Shown here in pieces: positions 1-14,139 of a stretch of DNA of 64,000 nt. The stretch covers positions 71,858,001 to 71,922,000 of the forward strand of contig OX597821.1 in assembly GCA_951406725.2 (NCBI GenBank), written 5' to 3'. Positions within the stretch are counted from its first letter, which is position 1. Every line of letters begins with the position of its first letter. The stretch comes from Octopus vulgaris. Taxonomy: Eukaryota. The translations under genes and the position numbers were made by a program. Below the pieces are notes generated by a model, which saw nothing but the letters and a program-made list of their open reading frames with translations, searched no databases and was not told the origin of the DNA.

Positions 1-89
1 TGCTAGCGATTCTGCAAGATCACCGCCCCCACTACACACACACACACTTATATGAATATGTGTAAGTATATATATATATATATATATAT

Positions 90-690
<601 letters not shown>

Positions 691-2295
691 TTTGTGAAAT
701 TTGATTTAGTATTTCTAAATTGAATTTTTCCCTGTAAGTTTGGAATAATATTCCCTCATATTATATATATATATATATATATACAAGCCAGGGATGGAGT
801 AGCTGGTATTACATTTATTCCATGGATTACAATTGTTTTATCAATTTGCAGGGGACAAATGAAATACCATGGAGTAGACATGGATGAGAACAACAATACA
901 GTCATGTCCTTTCGGTAATGTCTTGCATAATTGCCTCCACAGACGCGCGCGCGTGCGCTCGCTGTGTGTACGTTGCGTGTGTGTGTGAGCGTATGTGTTA
1001 GCAGTAGTACTCAGGTAACACATGAATCAATTATACTTGAAATAAATTGCTTTAAAAAATTTTGTGATTTTTCCGTTGGTGCATAAATTGACACAGAATT
1101 ATTGAATCCCAGGAAAACTTTCAGGCTGAGCTTCATAAAAATGTGCAAAAAGTAAACAAAGCAATATAGACTTTAAAATATCAGTTTGCATTTCCATTGT
1201 ATGTTCTTGGAAAACATGCCTTTTTTTTCAAAATACTACACTCATTTAAACAATTACTGTTTCATTGTCCATGAAAATATTCCACAGAAATGAAAAAATG
1301 TGGGAAAAAGTATTAAAAAACATATTAGATTAACGTATAAAACAAAAAGAAATGCAAAAATAAGGTAACACGTATTGGTACTTTAGCTGCCTCAGCTGTA
1401 AGTTTTAGTTACTTAATATTTTAACTGGAGAAACAAAACAAAAACTAATCATTACTAAATTTCGTAGACCACCTAAAGTCTGGCAGAGAAAGATTATGTT
1501 TAACGCGGATACAGGAAGGAGAAAGATTTCTATAAGTTGAAACTGTCATAAAATGCCGACTGTTTGACGAAAAAAATATTTCGTAAACAATAAAGGAAAA
1601 ATATAAATAGCAACGAAACAGAAAATAAAAGAATTTCATAAACGAAGTCAACGAATTCAAGGCAGAAATGGCGGTTGTGAGACGAACGGAGAAATAGAGA
1701 AAGGGTAAGAAAATGCTACATGGTGAAAAAAGCTAAGAACTACGCTAATCATGTAACTACAGGAGAACAGGGTAAATAGAGAACAATGAATCTCTTACAG
1801 AGAAAAAACTGGACAGGATGCAGATATATAAGTAAACATCGCACTCCTTGTCAAGAAATCTAGAACTCGAATCAAAGACTGAAGTGTATTCTTATCTGCC
1901 TCATACCACAAACCATCGAAAGCGTGCCATTAAGCAGAATATCTTAAATGCAGAACGTATGGAAATTAGGAAGAAACGATTCGAACATCAATTTTGGTTT
2001 CCTGTTGTCTTATTTTGAAAGTTCTAAGGGTCCATCTAGCCAGCCGTCTGCATTATAATTGCTAACTTACTAATATGCGCGTAGAAAGATGCATCATTAC
2101 TCATGTCAATGCCCAAGATGTGCAGAAGCGCCTCCGTGCAAAGAGACATACATAATCGGACACAAAAAAAATTTGTATGTTTTCTGACATAAGGAAGTGT
2201 TAAACACAATCGTTTGTTAAAAGTGTGTAGAACCTGCTATATGTTCATTCATATAGAACCGAAGTAGGGATTGCGTTTGCAATTCATGCTCACTT

Positions 2296-2379
2296 AGACA
2301 AGAATGTATATATGTCTATATATATGAGACAAGAATGTATATATGTATATATATATGAGACAAGAATTTATATATATAT

Positions 2380-2425
<46 letters not shown>

Positions 2426-2440
2426 CAAGAAATTAATGTA
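2296..2440. repeat. Minisatellite of GACAAGAAT+(TA)n units (about 4 copies)
   Basis: GACAAGAA(T) recurs at about 2297, 2328, 2359 and 2424, separated by TA-rich spacers. Confidence 0.7.
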
Positions 2441-2761
2441 TATATGAGATGCTCAAGAATTTCGTGCTTTCTACCCTGGTAATCGCCTAATTAAATGTAC
2501 TCGGGCGCAAAACTTCAACAACTCATGACTTATTGGGATCACTTCAACTAAAAACAGATTCTTTATTCAGTTTGCACACACAGCTATTTACATGTTATAT
2601 TATATTATTATAATTATATATATACATAAAACTATATATATACATAAACTACATATATATATATAAACTACATATATACATAAAACTATATATTTTTTAT
2701 ATATGTAATATTATATTACATACATATGTATTCACGCATATATATTTAACTACATATACAT

Positions 2762-2793
<32 letters not shown>

Positions 2794-2794
<1 letters not shown>

Positions 2795-3665
2795 TGTCAC
2801 CGCTGGTCACAGCACGCTGTCCACTCATCTCTGGATCGCGCCTTCCTCATCCACGTGATCCCAATCACCCTCCTAAAATCGTAACTCTGCCGTAGTGGAG
2901 GCCTTCCGAGTGGTCGTTTCCGCTTACGCTGGTACCACTCGACAACTGCGCGGGTCCACCGATTATCGGTGAGCCGGGCGACGTGTCGAGCCCATCTAAA
3001 CTTGCTGCGTGTATATTCTACGATGACATCCCTCACGCTGGACTTCTCTCTGATGACCTCGCTACTGATGTGCTCTCTCTCAACTAGATTCCAAGCATTG
3101 ACCTCTCCAAGGTTATTTGAGCTGTTACCAGTATCTGCTCTTCTCTCTTTGTTGTAGCCCATGTTTCACTACCATATAACATTGCAGGTAGAACTGTGCT
3201 ATTGATGAGGTTGGCGCGGGTGGTCCTGTCCAACCTTCCCTTGAGCACATCCCTTATGCCATTAAACGCCTTCCATCCGGCCCTTACTCTCTGTGAGATC
3301 TCCTTTTCGATATCTTGGCACATATTCACTTCCTGTTCCAAGTAGACATATTCCTTTACCTCCTCTATTTCATCACTGCCGATCACCATTCGACCTGTTG
3401 GTACGTTGTCTGACCGCATGAACTTCGTTTTCATGCGGTTCATCTTGAGACCTACTTGCAGAGCTTTTGATGTCGAGCTCCGTCAGCATGGTCTGGAGCT
3501 GATCCGTGGTTTCAGCGATGATTACGATGTCATCAGCGAAACGGAGCGCCGGTCGAGAAAGGAGTGAAGCAAGGAGGTGCGATCTCTCCAAAACCTTTCA
3601 CCAAATGTCTCGATCAGATCATCAGAGGCATCGAAATGCAAGGCGGTGTCAACATCAATGTTTCG

Positions 3666-3670
<5 letters not shown>
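2794..3670 (-). mobile_element. 5'-truncated, frameshifted RTE-clade LINE (RT C-terminal half) with inverted 5' segment, flanked by (TA)n
   Basis: Minus frames give LRFADDIVIIAE, EEVKEYVYL, VLPAMLYGSETW, KFRWARHVARLTDNRW, RPLGRPP; plus strand 3549-3659 gives KGVKQGGAISPKPF. Confidence 0.9.
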
Positions 3671-3737
<67 letters not shown>

Positions 3738-5338
3738 TATGTATGTAAGTAAATATGAATACATACACGCATATACATATTCATGTATATGTGTGTGGTG
3801 AGTGTGTGTGTACGTATATGTACATGCACGTATATATATATAAATTTATGTATTCGTATATAATCATACGAGTAAAATTCCGTTACATCGCAAACCATTC
3901 TAACAAATTTTGTCTGTATGATGAAATTCTTTTCAATTCCCGAACACCGATTGGGAGTTCAATTGTTTGTTGTATTTCTTTTTGTTGATTGTTTTTTGTA
4001 CGTTGCGGGGAAATCTGAAATTAGGTTCATCGTTCTCTCCAGGAAGTAAGAAGTTATTTCTGTTTGTTTTTTCTGTTTTGAATTCAAACGTTTTTATGGC
4101 TGCTATGAGATCTTATGCAAGTTGAACGCTTCTCAGTGAAAAACATGGAGAAGCGTTCGACGTCACCATGGAGGAAATTAAGAGTTTGATGTTTATGAAA
4201 TCATATATTTATTTCTCATGAGATAACTTGAGCAAATAGGTAACAATATTATCGGACAACCGTACGGGGGTGATGTTTAATTGTTCTTGAGAGACAGCAG
4301 ATGCATTGTTGCACAAAAACCAAAACGTGCGTCTATACGGCGTTGTATTTCGAGATCGTCATCTCGTTCTGTGTTTCAATTCAGACAGGGTGGTTTTTGA
4401 AAGGTTTCTTTGATTATAAATATTTACGATGTCAAATTGGATAAGTTAGGTGGTGTGAGGATAATTTTCATCTTGTATTTCTGATGCACTCCATGGATAC
4501 TACTTAGAATTTCAACATCTCAACTAGCTAAAAATTTTCGAAAGAAGAGCCAAAACACATCACGCCTCTTGAAGATTGAACAACACCGATGCATTGGCAA
4601 ATACTGCCGCTTATGTCGTAAAAGACAGGATGGTCGTGGATGGTTTGCCTTTCGTTAGAGGTCATTCTGATCACCTCTAATATCGGACAAAACAATGACA
4701 ACAACAACAACAACAGCTACTACTACTACAACTACTACTACTACTACTAAAGAAAGAAAGCCCATAGGTTCTCAGTCCACCAAAAACTTTTGCTAGTTAT
4801 GAGGTTGATCGGTAAAGGGTCATTGCAATTATGGTATGCTCTCAGTCAAAATAACTTTTAACCTTTTCCTTCATCATGAAAGAATGAAGTTTAAGAACAA
4901 TTTTCAGTCCGCGAATCTAAAGCCTAAATTTGTTAATCGGTTCGGCCGTCGTTATTAAACTTTCTTCAATGTGACAACTCTTTCAATCGTAATAAAATAA
5001 AGCGTTAAAACATTTGGCTAAATTCTACTGTTTGATATTTCATTTTGTGTAAAGATAATTATTTGTATTGCGGCAACGATTTCGGATTTGCAGGGCCAAG
5101 ACCGAAAGAGGTTTCAATGTCACTAAAGCTCCACTCCACCCCTTTCAACCCCTCATTCTCCCCCGTCTCCCCCTCTGGAATCGTTATCCTTTGCAGGTTA
5201 TGACCTTCCATTCAACTTATTGTTTTCTATGAGACATTGGCTTTCGTTCCAGTTAATTACGAAAGTGTTATAATTGTCTTTTAGGACTGTTATATCGGTA
5301 GAACCGTTAGATTGACAGGCCCCTAGTGGTATTTGTTT

Positions 5339-5567
5339 AGGCGGCGAGCTGGCAGAAACGTTAGCGCGCCGGGCGAAATGCTTGCCGGTATTTCGTCTGC
5401 CGCTACGTTCTGAGTTCAAATTCCGCTGAGGTCGACTTTGCCTTTCATCCTTTCGGGGTCGATTAAATAAGTACCAGTTTCGTACTGGGGTCGAAGAAAT
5501 CGACTTAATCCGTTTGTCTGTCCTCTCTGTATTTAGCTCCTTGTGAGTAGTAAAGAAATAGGTATTT
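5339..5567 (+). mobile_element. tRNA-derived SINE family A (short form) with 14-bp TSD, inserted in an older SINE copy
   Basis: GGCGAGCTGGCAGAA head, GAGTTCAAATTCC B-box, GTCGACTTTGCCTTTCATCCTTTCGGGGTCG core; GGTATTTGTTTAGG at 5328-5341 and 5561-5574. Confidence 0.85.
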
Positions 5568-5917
5568 GTTTAGGTTCTTTATGTTCTGAGTTCGAATCAC
5601 AAGGATGTCAACTGCGCCTTTCAACCCTTCACGACCAATAAATTGAAACAGCAGTCGAGTCCTGAGCTCGATGTAATTGGCTGTTCCCTTCCCACCAAAT
5701 TTCTGATCTGGGAACACAGATAACAAAAAGCTTGGACAAAATTGCTAATGCCAATAAGTTGCGTCTGTTTGTAACCAGAGTTCAAATCTCACCGAGGTTC
5801 ACTTTCACTTTCATCGTCCCGGGGCAAAGAAAATAATTATAGGATTAGTTGAATCAATGATTCCATCCACAGGAATTTCTCTTTTTTTTGTGCCAAGTTT
5901 AGAAGCAATTACTAACA

Positions 5918-6080
5918 GCGGTCATAGCTGAGTGGTTAAGACGCTCGGTTTCCAGCCACATAGTTTCGGGTTCGACCCCACTGCGCGGCATCTTGAGCAA
6001 GCGTGTTCTTCAATAGCCCCGGAATGACCAATGTCACCTGAGTGAACCTGGAAGCCGAAAATTGTATGAAAACCCATGGT
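5918..6080 (+). mobile_element. Diverged tRNA-derived SINE family B head
   Basis: AGCTGAGTGGTTAAG A-box, GGTTCGACCCC B-box, CTTGAGCAAGCGTGTTCTTCAATAGC similar to 30494 and 58542 copies. Confidence 0.6.
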
Positions 6081-6098
6081 ATATGTGTGTGTGTGTAT

Positions 6099-6208
<110 letters not shown>

Positions 6209-6221
6209 ATACATATATTGT

Positions 6222-6520
6222 GAAGGCGCATGGGTTAGCGGTTAAGGTATTGCATTCACGATTGCGAGATCATGGGTTCAATTCCCACACCGGGCGTTGC
6301 GTTGTGTTCTTGAGCAAAGCACTTCATTTCACGTTGCTCTACAATCATTTCGTCACCTGACATGTGGCACATGGTGCACTTGTACAGGTAATGTCGATCT
6401 GATGGAGAGAATGAGCTTACGTCTACACAAACATTTGATCACTATAAACAAATCATCTGTCTGGTTGTTCGGTAAGAAATTGTGAAATCCTCATACATCG
6501 TCTAACGACGGGAGAGTCCA
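6222..6520 (+). mobile_element. tRNA-derived SINE family C
   Basis: GGCGCATGGGTTAGCGGTTAAG A-box, GGGTTCAATTCCC B-box; body shared with 58050-58355 (GAGCAAA.CACTT.ATTTCACGTTGCTC). Confidence 0.7.
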
Positions 6521-6580
6521 TTATCGTTATAGTGTGTGTGTGTATGTGTGTGTATTAAGGATTCTGCCAGTTCACCCTAT

Positions 6581-6808
6581 TATTTCTTTATTGCCCACAA
6601 GAGGCTAAACATAGAGGGGACAAACACGGACAGACAAAGAGATTAAGTCGATTATATCGACTCCAGTGCGTAACTGGTACTTAATTTATCGACCCCGAAA
6701 GGATGAAAGGCAAAGTTGACCTCGGCGGAATTTGAACTCAGAACGTAACGGCAGGCGAAATACGGCTAGGCATTTCGCCCGGCGTGCTAACGTTTCTGCC
6801 AGTTCACC
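6581..6808 (-). mobile_element. SINE family A (short form) with 19-bp flanking direct repeat
   Basis: Reverse complement of the 5339 copy; TTCTGCCAGTTCACCCTAT at 6562-6580 and 6794-6812. Confidence 0.85.
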
Positions 6809-7051
6809 CTATGTATATAATTTAAAACGAAAAAGACAATAAACGCGCATAACAAGCCAATCTCGACTGCGGAAGAGAAGAATACAATTCGCATGGTTTA
6901 TTGAATACTGTAAATCGTCTTAAGTTGTCGGTGGCGAGGTAGACGAGTTGACGGTACCAGGTGGAGGGGTGGTACACTTCTTGGAAGGAATCACTACAGA
7001 ACAACGACTGAAAATAGGAAAACTGATATATATGTTCTTTGGCACACCCTG

Positions 7052-7284
7052 CAAATACCTATTTCTATTTCTTTACTACCCACAGAGAGGACACACAAGG
7101 ACAGACAAACGGATTAAGTCAATTACATCGACCCCAGTGCGTAACTGGTACTTATTTAATCGACCCCGAAAGGATGAAAGGCAAAGTCGACCTCGGCGGA
7201 ATTTGAACTCAGAACGTAACGGTAGACGAAATACGGCTACGCATTTCGCCCGGTGTGCTAATGTTTCTGCCAGCTCGCCGCCTT
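7052..7284 (-). mobile_element. SINE family A (short form)
   Basis: Reverse complement of family A; AAATACCTAT repeated at both flanks. Confidence 0.85.
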
Positions 7285-7769
7285 ACCCTCTAAATACCTA
7301 TCAATTTTCTTTCCACGGCCGATTGGCAGAATTAGTGGAGCGTCAAATAAAACTCTTTCTGTTAGCGCCATTTATATCTTGATTTCTGATTTTACCGAAG
7401 TTTGTTTCGTTTTCCTCCTCCAGGTTCGATAAAGTGAGGAACGGGAACTGGGTTGATCTAAATCTTAAGGCTGCCTAAACTCTCTCGAAATTTTAGGTTT
7501 TGTATAAACGTTAAAAGACCAGCTTATTTGGAGTTTTTTGTGTTTTCTTTTGTGTGTTTTTTTTTTCCAAATATCTTTATTATTTATTATTTAATCAGAG
7601 TTGTTCATAAACATACGTTTTCCGAGTCGGATGTCGTTCTCGAGGAAGTTAAGCTGGAGGAAATGCTTCGTATGTAAAGGAAAGCGTGTGGCACAGAATG
7701 TGAAGAGCCAGAAGAAATGTTGATATGTATTTTGTCCGATACAATAGCGATTCTACCAGTTCGTCGCTT

Positions 7770-7783
7770 CCAACAACAACAAC

Positions 7784-7868
<85 letters not shown>

Positions 7869-7908
7869 TAATGATGATGATAATAATAATAATAATAATA
7901 ATAATAAT
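7770..7908. repeat. (AAT)n microsatellite
   Basis: Direct reading. Confidence 0.95.
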
Positions 7909-8115
7909 CTTTTCTAATACAGGCACAAGACCTGAAATTTCGAGGGAGGGGACTAGTCGACTGCTTTCACCCCAGTGTTTAACTGGTACTTAATTTATCG
8001 CCCCCTAAAGAATGAAAGTCAAAAGTCGATTTTGGCAACATTTGAACTCAGAAAGTGAAGCCGGAAAAAAAAACACTAAGCATTTTATGCGATGGACTAA
8101 TGATTCTGTAAATTC
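7909..8115 (-). mobile_element. Older SINE family A-related copy (long-tail form)
   Basis: AGGCACAAGACCTGAAATTT tail, AACTGGTACTTAATTTATCG core and TTTGAACTCAG B-box, all in reverse orientation. Confidence 0.65.
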
Positions 8116-8223
8116 CTCAGATCATAGCAAGCTTTACTGGCACCTAATAAAAAAAAGAAAGAAAAGGCGTTCCCTTAAATTAATATTGTGTTGATAATTT
8201 CTGATAAGTGTTTATATACATAC

Positions 8224-8282
<59 letters not shown>

Positions 8283-8285
<3 letters not shown>

Positions 8286-8786
8286 AAACAAGTCAAAAAT
8301 AGAAAATGCTAAAATAATTTTATAGTGAACATTTCAGTACCGGTTTCGGTCATTTTGAGACCTTTTCAACTGTAACGATTAAATAATTAAATTTAGAAAA
8401 ATTAGAAGAAAAGTTTTTTTAAAAGAATATTTCTATAGTAGTGTTCAGATTTAAGTGGCATTCTGCCTTTCTCTGACTCCCTTGTTTGCACTTGTGTGTC
8501 GGAGGTCGTTGTCGGAGGTCACAACGACCTCCGACACACAAGTGCAAACAAGGGAGTCAGAGAAAGGCAGAATGCCACTTAAATCTGAACACTACTATAG
8601 AAATATTCTTTTAAAAAAAACTTTTCTTCTAATTTTTCTAAATTTAATTATTTAATCGTTACAGTTGAAAAGGTCTCAAAATGACCGAAACCGGTACTGA
8701 AATGTTCACTATAAAATTATTTTAGCATTTTCTATTTTTGACTTGTTTTTTCATATATATCAACTCGTGTGTTCCTTTTCACCCTT

Positions 8787-8790
<4 letters not shown>
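8283..8790. mobile_element. Palindromic PLE pseudo-LTR (about 230-bp arms, 8-nt loop) between (TA)n tracts
   Basis: 8283-8512 is the reverse complement of 8521-8751 apart from one homopolymer indel; homologous to 62675-62850, the 5' end of the RT-coding PLE. Confidence 0.85.
8662..8699 (+). ncRNA. Minimal type-I hammerhead-like motif, U3:A8 core (mirror copy at 8335-8372 on minus)
   Basis: CAG-TTGAAAA-GGTC-tcaaaat-GACC-GAAA-CCGGT-A-CTG; palindromic stem III ACCGGT, GUA cleavage triplet. Confidence 0.7.
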
Positions 8791-8822
<32 letters not shown>

Positions 8823-8845
8823 GTGTATGTATATGTATAGGTATT

Positions 8846-8888
<43 letters not shown>

Positions 8889-9178
8889 GTATGTATAGGT
8901 TTATGCAAGTATGTAAATGTATATATATATGTATATATGTGTGTATATGTTTATGTAGATGTATATACATGTGCGCGCGCGCGCGTGTGTGTGTTATGTA
9001 TATCAGATATACGAGAGATTATAAGAGATTTTCGGTCTGTATTTGTTTCCAAGAATGAACACTTACAGCTTTCCTCTCCTTGTTTTCTCTTGAACTGGTC
9101 ACATTTCAAATGCAAACATTATCGTCACCCTCTTTCTAAAATATGTCTTACATTTATTCATAAGATTAGTTATTTCCT

Positions 9179-9754
9179 AAGGTGTGGAGCTGGCAAGGTT
9201 TTTAGCAGGCTGGGCAAAATGCTTAGCGGTATTTCGTTTGCCGCTACGTTCTGAGTTCAAATTCCGCGAGGTCGACTTTGCCTTTCATCCTTTCGGGGTC
9301 AATTAAATAAGTACCAGTTACGCACTGGGGTCGATGTAATCGACTTAATTTGTTTGTTAGTCCTTTTTTCCCCCTCTGTGTTTAGCCCCTTGTGGGTAGT
9401 AAAGAAATAGATATTTCGTCAGTCTTTACGTTCTGAGTTCAAATTCCGCTGAGGTCGACTTTGCCTTTCATCCTTTCGGGGTCAATTAAATAAGTACCAG
9501 TTACGCACTGGGGTCGATGTAATCGACTTAATCCGTTCGTCTGTCCTTGTTTGTCCCCTTTGTGTTTAGCCCCTTGTGAGTAGTAAAGAAATCGATATTT
9601 CGTTAGTCTTTACGTTCTGAGTTCAAATTCCGCCGAGGTCGACTTTACTTTTCGGCACCGATAAATTAATTACCAGTTACGTACTGGGATCGATCTAATC
9701 GACGGCTCCCCCTCCCTCAAAATTTCGGGCCTTGTGCCTAGAGTAGAAAAGAAT
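9179..9754 (+). mobile_element. SINE family A, trimeric core, 14-bp TSD
   Basis: Three TACGTTCTGAGTTCAAATTCC...GTCGACTTT units (about 9246, 9427, 9612); ATTAGTTATTTCCT at 9165-9178 and 9755-9768. Confidence 0.9.
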
Positions 9755-11004
9755 ATTAGTTATTTCCTCATTTCTTCCAGGCCTATTGGGTTACTGAGCG
9801 ACGGATGGAATTAATGAACGAATCGAATAAACAGTAAAATTAGCAGTAAGCTTTTTCAATGTTACTCAATTATTTTCTAAGTTTTTTTCTTTCGAGAGTC
9901 ACATCGCCCGAACCCATTCCTGATCCTGCATTTAACTTTGCAGCAATAAATAGATGAGAGATACACCTCATGGATAGAACGCTAAATTATTGTAGTTTTA
10001 ACTTCCCCGCAGATGTTGGTACCTGTTTCTCACAACTAAATCAACAGCGACCATAGAATATAGTGAAGTTTGTCATGACACAAATGGGACACCTTCTGTG
10101 GACTGAAAGTCGGGATCCCTGGAGATGACAGATCGAATCATTGTCTGTGCGGCACAGGGATTTCTCCTCAAATCGCTCTCCCTGTCAAGGAAGATCGTGG
10201 AGCTTTTTGCCTTTATTCTTCACAGATTGTACCAGCTGACATGATTACCAATACCAGGTCACAGCTGCGCGTGCGCATCATGATTGTATGTGTGAAAGAG
10301 AATGTGTGCTCGTATTTAGTTATTTGTGTAGATTAATACTTTCTAAGTTATATTTCTATGGAAATTACAAAAGAAGGCAAGACTTGTATCATGAAATCAT
10401 ATTGGACCTCGGTACGTCTTCAGTCGTGTTTCTACCCTCTGGTAACACCGTATCTTACTCATATTCTAACCCCAACAATTTTTTTTAATATGTTTAAAAT
10501 ATAAGTATTAAACCTGATTTAAATATCATATTTCTAGAAAAAATCTATTTTAAACATCCAGCTCCCCCATAGCATCCCTTTGACATGTGCTTCCTCTTTA
10601 TGAGCTCATAATGCCTCCAAGGAGCGGTTAACGTCCAGGTCAAAAAGTATTGGTTTAGGTTATGCCATGTTCCAACGTAATTTCTGTAAGCCGAAACGAA
10701 CTTAATATCGCATATCAAGTATTTCTCTTGTGTAAGTCTGCCTCGGCTCTGAACCACTTCGCTGAAATGTAGAGTGATTAGGTTGACCGAGATAGTAAAG
10801 AAGCGAACATCAACGTAACATAGAGCTTGTACTTTATTTCATTATGTTTCCATGTAATCTTTTATTGACTTTGCGTTTCAACCTTTCAGAGTCGATAAGT
10901 ACTAGCCATAAACTAAAGTGAGCTAGTACGTTTATATTCCATCTTTTTATGTATAAAGGAGAACCATATGCTTAGGCAAACGTAAACTCTTCTGCTGTTT
11001 TGTA

Positions 11005-11272
11005 GGTTAATATTGAGTACAACGATTGCATTTACGCCCTAGATATCTGTTGTCTGCCAAATAGATTTGCCATTAAAGTTTGATAACTAAACATCAGAAA
11101 AAGACAATGAACAATGATTACATTTCACCTCTTCTCGCGGCTAATATTGAGTACAGCCGTTTATATAGTCACCCTAGATTTCTGTCGTCTGCTGGATAGA
11201 TTTACCATTAAACAACGAACGATGACTAAATGTTATCCATCGTGACGATGAACAACTATTTACATTTCACTT
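11005..11272. repeat. Diverged tandem duplication, about 134-bp unit x2
   Basis: TAATATTGAGTACA...CCCTAGAT.TCTGT.GTCTGC...ATAGATTT.CCATTAAA...ATGAACAA...TACATTTCAC present twice. Confidence 0.7.
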
Positions 11273-11901
11273 GCACTCACATGGTAACGTGAAATCTATT
11301 TGATTGAATAACAATCCAGTAACTGTAGACTAATCACAGATAACAAAACAAGTTAAAAACCAATGTTCTGAATGACATGTGCATAAAAATGTATCAGTTT
11401 ATTTAAGATGTCTAATTTGGTCGTAGAAAACAAAGAAAACCCTAACAAGCAAGGAGAAATGATTTTAAGAAATTAAGATTTAATTCCCCAAAATCAGTTT
11501 ATTGCTTCGGGAAAAATACTGAACTTTCCAGACAAAAGACAACTATAGATAAATTTCAGCCTTATTAGTCCTTATCAGTTAATGAAGCCTGCATTGATCA
11601 GTTGAACAGCTTTATAGAAAATTAGCTACAAAAATTTGTTAGCCAGTATAATTAATTTACTTGACATATAATGAGCTACAGGAAATAATTAAAGGGATCA
11701 AACGGTATGAATTTAGATAAAAAGACAAAGAAATGATGTATGCAAAACTTCTGAATTAATTACAAACTTACTCTTAGTTCAAAAAATGATGCAGAATCTT
11801 CAGCGACTTTCAAAGAAGAGAGAAAATAATACTTTTAAGGAATTAAGAATGAAGTTCTCTCAAATTTAGTCTGATCGTCTGATGTTTTGTTTGCAGACAA
11901 C

Positions 11902-11940
11902 TATGAACATGTTTCGGGTTTACTGAACATCGTCAGCATA
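11902..11940 (-). ncRNA. Isolated minimal hammerhead-like motif (canonical core)
   Basis: TATG-CTGACGA-tgttcagtaaaccc-GAAA-CATGT-T-CATA; stem II weak. Confidence 0.5.
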
Positions 11941-12832
11941 TTATAGTCTAGTCATACTTGCATGTATTTATTGGTTGACAAGTTTTATAACCTTCATTAA
12001 ATTCACATGGCTTCTGTTTCCCTGTTTGCATAAAGCCCCCACCCCACCAAGGTTTGCAGTTCAAACGCTCATTTCAGTGTCAAATATAATTGGGAGCGAG
12101 AAACGTTATTCTAGCCGTAATTGTTTAGCATGATAAGTATGGGCCCATTATGTGAGTTTTTCGTTTTATCTTTCAATGGAATTCTCTCACGGTGAAAAAT
12201 GAAATTTTAAAATATTTGTAGAGAATGATTTTAGATCACCAAAATTTGCGAGACTTCAAGCGAATCCTATTGTTCTCCCGATACTGCAAAAATAATGGAC
12301 AAAAACACACACAAGTATATGTTTCGTCACACATGCATGCAACGGCATACTCAGTGATATATATAAAGACACAGCAGATACTTCAAAGTAACTCATAGCG
12401 ATACATACACAACTCATCATATTAGACACTGAAATACTCAACCACATTGACAATTAGATATACGCATACGATACATACATACATGCGTATCTATATGTGT
12501 ATATGTGCGTGTCTGTCTATATGCATGTATGTATGTGTGTGTGTATGTATGCCAACACACTTCGAAACACGAACATGTACAAACGGTAATTTATCTAATT
12601 TAAAAGTTTGTGTTGGGTTTATCTGAAATAAAATATACGAGCGGAGACAGAAGATACTGTTATAGGGAAGGGAAGGGGGGTCGGTTGATGCATCCAGAAA
12701 CATAAGAGTAGGCAGGCGATCGGTCCTGCTGCGTGCAGACGTGATTTACAGCCATGTGTTTCCAATTTACACAGATAATAGCAGCAGCAACAATAACAGC
12801 AACAGCAACAAACATCAGGAGCAACAGGAAAG

Positions 12833-12896
12833 AAAGAAAGAAAGAAGAAGAAGAAGAAGAAGAAGAAGAAGAAGAAGAAGAAGAAGAAGAAGAAGA
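12833..12896. repeat. (GAA)n microsatellite
   Basis: Direct reading. Confidence 0.95.
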
Positions 12897-12951
12897 CAGA
12901 GCAACAACAACAATAACAATAAAGAAAAAAGAAACAAGAAAATTGTTTTAT

Positions 12952-13015
<64 letters not shown>

Positions 13016-13659
13016 CGTAACCGATTTCTGCTGTACCACATCTCCACTTATCTAATTTAATAAATATAGCAATAACAATTGATCCAAGAATATCATCGAA
13101 TCTAGTTTTGTACTCGGTGACCGTCAAAATGGCTGCCACCGAGCGAAATAGTTGTGACCTTCTCGAATATCATCACAAAGTGTGTCTATCCAAACAAACG
13201 GAGATAATGGGGCAAAGAGATCCCCCTTTCGACACGAGCAATATATTCTTTGAAACTTTCTCAATTATGTTTATTTCAATATTTATAAACATCTTAAGAT
13301 CTAAGATATTGCCGAATTCTTTCCTCGTAAACACCTCTTCGAACTATGTATCTTTAGTTGTGGAGATGAGTTCATTCCAGCCTCCGGAATATATGTGATA
13401 TATTTTGGAGAATGAGTTGAGGTTGTGTTCTTATGGTTTATCTAAAGGTCGGCTCTTTGTCGATGAAGAAGATCTCTCATCAAAGCTAGTTCAAACCAGA
13501 ACGACATTTCTTAACAAAGCAATTTATAGTGAACGATTACACGTTATCGAATATGTTTTCTTCCATAAAATCCGATTGGGAGTGGTTTGATGAAGATATG
13601 GTTATTGTTTTTCACAGGACTGGCAAATATATTATGGCTAATGTGTCGATTCATTATAT

Positions 13660-13737
13660 ACATTATTTACATTTGACGGATATTTGTCCTCATCTTGTTT
13701 GTTGCTAACACAACGCTTTGGCTGATATACCCTCCAA
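13660..13737 (-). mobile_element. Solo terminal fragment of the Penelope/Poseidon-type PLE at 50.7 kb
   Basis: Near-identical to 50675-50751 (ACATTATTTACATTTGACGGATATTTGTC...GGCTGATATACCCTCCA). Confidence 0.75.
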
Positions 13738-13983
13738 CAGTTGACTACACGGTACAGGCTCTACTCCCTTACAGCTTCTTGCAGCTTTACTGCGTTCAAA
13801 ATTTACTAATTGTTAAATATATATTATACAGTGATTGGAGAGGGATAATACGAACAGCACATAGCAAGACATCCGTGTAGCAGAAACATGTCAGGCAGAG
13901 GTTTAACGCGAATTGAGCGCAAGGCCGTAATAATAAACACTGTGTAGATGTATAATTCATCATGTTTATTTTGTGTTATGTAA

Positions 13984-14050
<67 letters not shown>

Positions 14051-14073
14051 TATACAGATATATGTACACACAC

Positions 14074-14139
<66 letters not shown>

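Noticed and set aside
2296-2440. Repeat-spacer pattern resembling a CRISPR array
   Set aside because: Repeats are about 9 bp, spacers are TA microsatellite, context is eukaryotic and there are no cas genes.
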